A stretch of DNA of 63,358 bases, the filler included. It is 5 parts of 5 records of this genome, joined end to end, with 100 filler letters (N's around TTAATTAATTAA, not from the genome) between each part and the next. Parts side by side here need not be neighbours in the genome. Positions count along the whole stretch, not along the records: positions 39,326 to 63,358 come from DRR723986_2290; 4 more parts are not named here. One strand, given 5' to 3'. The translations under genes were made by a program, and so were the position numbers. A model generated the notes under the pieces. The model saw only the letters and a list, made by a program, of their open reading frames with translations, was not told where the DNA came from and made no database searches. Below, piece by piece: positions 59,884 to 63,358 of the stretch (the first letter of the stretch is position 1; every line of letters starts with the position of its first letter).

Positions 59884-61509
59884 ATGAAATGTAGTTCCTT
59901 GGGTGTTTTTCGCAACAGCTTTTTAGCCAGTGTATTGCTCGTGTCGGCCTGTGCGCTGCCTACTCAGGAGCGCGTGCTGTTCGACGGTGATGCGGGCAGC
60001 GTGGTGTTTGAAGGGCGGATGAATGGCGACATGCCGCGCGAGGGGAAATTGGTGTTCAGCGCCAGTCGAAGTGAGTTTAGCGGTCGCTTTGACGACGCCG
60101 GCTTTCCAAAAGAAGGTGTGCTGACTCAGGTGTATTCTGATCGCTCCGGGGAGCCGCTTACACTCTCTTTGGATGGCCGATTTCGGTATAACGCCAGCGA
60201 GCGGCAGTTACGCTTTCGCGGCGCTTTTGTTTTGAGCGATAGCAAACAACGCGTATTGGCTGAGTCGCACAAGAGCCAATGGGTGAGCCAATATCCGGCA
60301 GTGGTGTTTCGCATATCGCCGCCGTTGTTTTCCATGGAGGGCAAACAGCAGTATCGCCAGTATCGCCGCGATATCAGCCCCGCTAACGCCCCCCGCAGAC
60401 TGTTGAGCATCTACCGTCCCGTGTCGGGGCCCTTCATTGTCAAAGCCAACTATCAAGACGGCCTGCCGCGCGGTGTCGCACAAATTCGCCGTGAACTCAG
60501 TAGCGGCCAGCGCTATGTTATTGAGCGCCAGTATTTTAACTATCAATTACCCGACCAGCGCAGTCATTACTTTTACTTTGAGCCGGGCAGCTTTGAGCGG
60601 GTTAGCATTATCGGCGGTTGCGAAGCGCCAAACCTCACCGTCCCACAGCAATTGATCAACGTTTATGCCTACGATTGCGACAGTGGCAATTTCTATGCAT
60701 TAAGTGAAAGCCTACCGGCTTCTGTGCTCAGCATTGCCAGCAGCCAGATCGATAACAGCGGCCGCTTCCACAAAGTACGCATCATGCACCACGGTAATAC
60801 CTCAGAATTTGAGGTGGATGCCGAGGCCTTATTGCAGGGGGTATTGCGCCCCCACGGTCTGTATTTGGACTGGCATTACGGTCAGTTGCGCGCCGCCCAC
60901 CACGCGCAGCACGGGCAAGCTGTCGGCGTAGGTATTGAGCAGCTAAGTGCTGGCGAGCCGCGTTTTATCAGCCACCGGCTCGAAGGCAGCGAGGGAAGCG
61001 CGCCATCTGAAAGTCAGCACGCCGCGCTCAATGGCATAACAGCCAACGCCGCTGAGCGCCTCGAGCAGATATTTAAAGCCAAGGGGGCAGGGAGTCTGAA
61101 CACCCGTAGGGCCGAAGCGCTGAAATCTGCACTGGTGAAAGCCTATCAGCAACCGGCGGCGGACGCCGTCAAGCAATTGCCCGGCGCCTTGAGCCTTTAT
61201 CAGCGCTGGCAGCAAGACTCTAATGCGCTGCTCTCCCGTTGGCCTTGGGCATCGCGCCGCAGTGCGAAGGATATCTCAACCCTGCGCCGTGCGCTGCTTG
61301 CCAAACACCAGCACTACAGTGAACAGCTGGAAGCGCTGAATGCAGAGCAGGCGCTGCGCTTTTGCCGGAGTCAGGGTGAGAGCTTTGATGCATTGCGCTG
61401 GCAGTGCCGCCTACAGGCCGATGTGACCATTGCGCAGATATGCCAGCAGGCCTACGGTATTAACCGATGCGACGCAATGCAGGCGGAGTTTGGCGCCAAT
61501 AGCCAGTAA
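59884..61509 (+). CDS. Hypothetical lipoprotein
   Basis: 541-aa ORF filling the gap between genes; lipobox-like LVSAC (Cys23); no family recognised. Confidence 0.65.
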   Translation: MKCSSLGVFRNSFLASVLLVSACALPTQERVLFDGDAGSVVFEGRMNGDMPREGKLVFSASRSEFSGRFDDAGFPKEGVLTQVYSDRSGEPLTLSLDGRFRYNASERQLRFRGAFVLSDSKQRVLAESHKSQWVSQYPAVVFRISPPLFSMEGKQQYRQYRRDISPANAPRRLLSIYRPVSGPFIVKANYQDGLPRGVAQIRRELSSGQRYVIERQYFNYQLPDQRSHYFYFEPGSFERVSIIGGCEAPNLTVPQQLINVYAYDCDSGNFYALSESLPASVLSIASSQIDNSGRFHKVRIMHHGNTSEFEVDAEALLQGVLRPHGLYLDWHYGQLRAAHHAQHGQAVGVGIEQLSAGEPRFISHRLEGSEGSAPSESQHAALNGITANAAERLEQIFKAKGAGSLNTRRAEALKSALVKAYQQPAADAVKQLPGALSLYQRWQQDSNALLSRWPWASRRSAKDISTLRRALLAKHQHYSEQLEALNAEQALRFCRSQGESFDALRWQCRLQADVTIAQICQQAYGINRCDAMQAEFGANSQ

Positions 61510-61546
61510 GCTAGCGCTGGTGTCGGCGGTAAAAAACTCTACAATG

Positions 61547-61570
61547 GGCGGCCTTTTTGCCGCCTTTTTT
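61547..61570 (+). terminator. Possible terminator before rdgC
   Basis: GGCGGC-CTTTTT-GCCGCC followed by TTTTTT. Confidence 0.5.
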
Positions 61571-61590
61571 ATACTGGAATTATCGATTTT

Positions 61591-62508
61591 ATGTGGTTTA
61601 AAAATCTGCTCGTCTACCGTTTTACCCGTCCCTTTAGCACCAGCCTGGAAGAACTTAATGAAAAGCTTAGTGCCGCGGCATTCCACCCCTGTTCGAGCCA
61701 GGAGCAGTCGAGCTATGGGTGGAGCAAGCCCCTAGGCGACGCCGGCAGCGAGTATCTGCACGCGACAAACGGCTGCGTCATGCTGTGTGTTAAACAGCAG
61801 GAAAAAGTCTTGCCTGCCGCCGTGGTTAACGAAGTGCTCGATGAAAAAATTCTCGAAATTCAAGAAGCTGACGGGCGCAAGCCGGGCCGAAAAGAGCGAA
61901 CGGATATGAAGGAAGAGATCGTTTTCGATCTGCTGCCGCGCGCTTTTTCGCGATCAAGAAAGCTGTACGCCTATATCGACATTGAAGCGGGCTTGCTGTT
62001 TGTCGACAGCGCCTCCCACAAAAAGGCCGAGGAGCTTCTTACCCTGTTGCGCGAGACCCTTGGCAGTTTGCCCGTTATTCCTCTGAAAGCTAAGAACACT
62101 GCTCAGCATTGTCTGACCGAATGGGTTGCTGGCGTAGCGCCAACCGGTTTTGAATTAGGTGGAGAGTGTGAATTGCGTGATCGCGCTGATGAAACGGCCG
62201 TCATTCGCGCCAAAAACCAAGACCTGTCCTCGGAGCAAATTCAAAGCCATTTGCAGTCTGGTATGTTTGTCAGCAAGTTGGCCATGACATGGACCGGCGG
62301 GATCGATTTTGTGGTTGATGATCAACTGAGTATAAAGCGTATTGCGTTTGGTGACTTGATCCGCGAGCGCGCAGACGACATCAATGCCGATACCATGGCC
62401 GAGCAATTCGATGCAGACTTCAGCATTATGGCGGGCGAATTTGCGAAATTTATCCCGGCAGTTATTGCCGCCTTTGGCGGCGAAGAGGTGGAAGAGGGCG
62501 CCGCATAG
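61591..62508 (+). CDS. rdgC: Recombination-associated protein RdgC
   Basis: MWFKNLLVYR, EKVLP, LLPRAF, LRETLGSLP, FDADF. Confidence 0.95.
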   Translation: MWFKNLLVYRFTRPFSTSLEELNEKLSAAAFHPCSSQEQSSYGWSKPLGDAGSEYLHATNGCVMLCVKQQEKVLPAAVVNEVLDEKILEIQEADGRKPGRKERTDMKEEIVFDLLPRAFSRSRKLYAYIDIEAGLLFVDSASHKKAEELLTLLRETLGSLPVIPLKAKNTAQHCLTEWVAGVAPTGFELGGECELRDRADETAVIRAKNQDLSSEQIQSHLQSGMFVSKLAMTWTGGIDFVVDDQLSIKRIAFGDLIRERADDINADTMAEQFDADFSIMAGEFAKFIPAVIAAFGGEEVEEGAA

Positions 62509-62547
62509 TGCGCCCAATGCGCTGATCATGAAGACCAGCGCATTGCC

Positions 62548-63042
62548 TTACTTGCCGCTGCGGGTGATCTTGTCCAAATAGCCCATCGCAAAAGCAGACA
62601 CCACAAAGGTGATGTGCAGCAGCAAGTACCACATAATTTTGTCGTTATCGATCTGCTTGGCGTTCATGAATACCTTAAGCAGATGAATAGACGAAATTGC
62701 CACGATAGAAGCCGCGACCTTGTTCTTAAGTGAGCCCGCATCCAACTTGCCGAGCCAGCCAAGCTTATCGGCGTCATCATCGACATCCAGCTGGGAAACA
62801 AAATTTTCGTAACCGGAAAACATCACCATCACAATCAGGCCACCCACCAGGGCGATGTCGATTAACGACAGGGTGACGAGAATTAAATCTGCTTCCTTCA
62901 TCGAAAGGATATGCGGGAACACATGGAAAATTTCCTGGAAAAATTTGATGCCAAGAGCAAGCAAGACCAGGCTGAGGCCGAGATAGATCGGCGCCATGAT
63001 CCAGCGGGAAGAATACATGAGTTTTTCAAACATTTTTTCCAT
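62548..63042 (-). CDS. yqhA: UPF0114/YqhA membrane protein
   Basis: [38 protein letters not shown]. Confidence 0.92.
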   Translation of the reverse strand: MEKMFEKLMYSSRWIMAPIYLGLSLVLLALGIKFFQEIFHVFPHILSMKEADLILVTLSLIDIALVGGLIVMVMFSGYENFVSQLDVDDDADKLGWLGKLDAGSLKNKVAASIVAISSIHLLKVFMNAKQIDNDKIMWYLLLHITFVVSAFAMGYLDKITRSGK

Positions 63043-63262
63043 GGCGGTAAAGACTCTGTGTAAAGATGTAGAGAGCGTGACAAGCGGCGGTTAACCGGGG
63101 CGGGATAATACCGCCCAGATTCACAGCACACAATTGTTTGTGGCTGCGGCATCTATTGCGAGATGTGGTCTTCGCGCTCTAGCACGAATTCTTGCCGACC
63201 CACACGGGACAAATAAAAAAGCCCAGCACAGAGCCAGTACTGCAGTACTTTGCCACAGTCGC

Positions 63263-63358
63263 GGTCGGGATAGGTCAAATCAGCCTAAGGGCTGTTTTGC
63301 CCCCCTTCGGGGCGCCTTCGCGTTGCGGCGGCGTCTAAAACGCGTTGCGTTTTATCGA
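63263..63358. repeat. Multi-hairpin palindromic element, cut by the window end
   Basis: CAAATCAGCC-TAAG-GGCTGTTTTG, CCCC-TTC-GGGG, TAAAACGC-GTT-GCGTTTTA. Confidence 0.5.

Overview
The window is not one locus. It is five contigs joined by identical 100-nt artificial spacers (44 N + TTAATTAATTAA + 44 N) at 9987, 16151, 25460 and 39226, and it probably mixes several organisms. Contigs A (1-9986), B (10087-16150) and C (16251-25459) are very GC-rich and Rhodobacteraceae-like. A holds an acyl-CoA ligase, a peptide-type ABC importer, two esterases and a LysR regulator. B holds the 3' end of an RcGTA-like gene transfer agent cluster followed by cysE. C holds a hydantoinase/oxoprolinase, a PotABCD-type importer, a PLP enzyme and a flavin oxidoreductase in one operon. 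Contig D (25560-39225) is gammaproteobacterial, by inference Marinobacter-like: gloA, glucosylglycerate genes, selO, ampG, yajQ, a response regulator, AraC, argG, fliS, fliD. Contig E (39326-63358) is gammaproteobacterial and carries a tRNA 3' end, an AraC/hydrolase/amine oxidase/MOSC-reductase cassette, SRAP + nuclease-helicase + FAN1-like genes with a LexA box, iorAB-like genes, several hydrolases, an antiporter, an unknown lipoprotein, rdgC and yqhA. No CRISPR array, integrase, transposase or rRNA was seen. The best leads are the hydrolase-MAO-MOSC cassette, the SOS-linked repair trio, a probable ATT start for ampG and a structured sRNA candidate at ~34.2-34.4 kb. Family assignments come from motif recognition; no database search was run.
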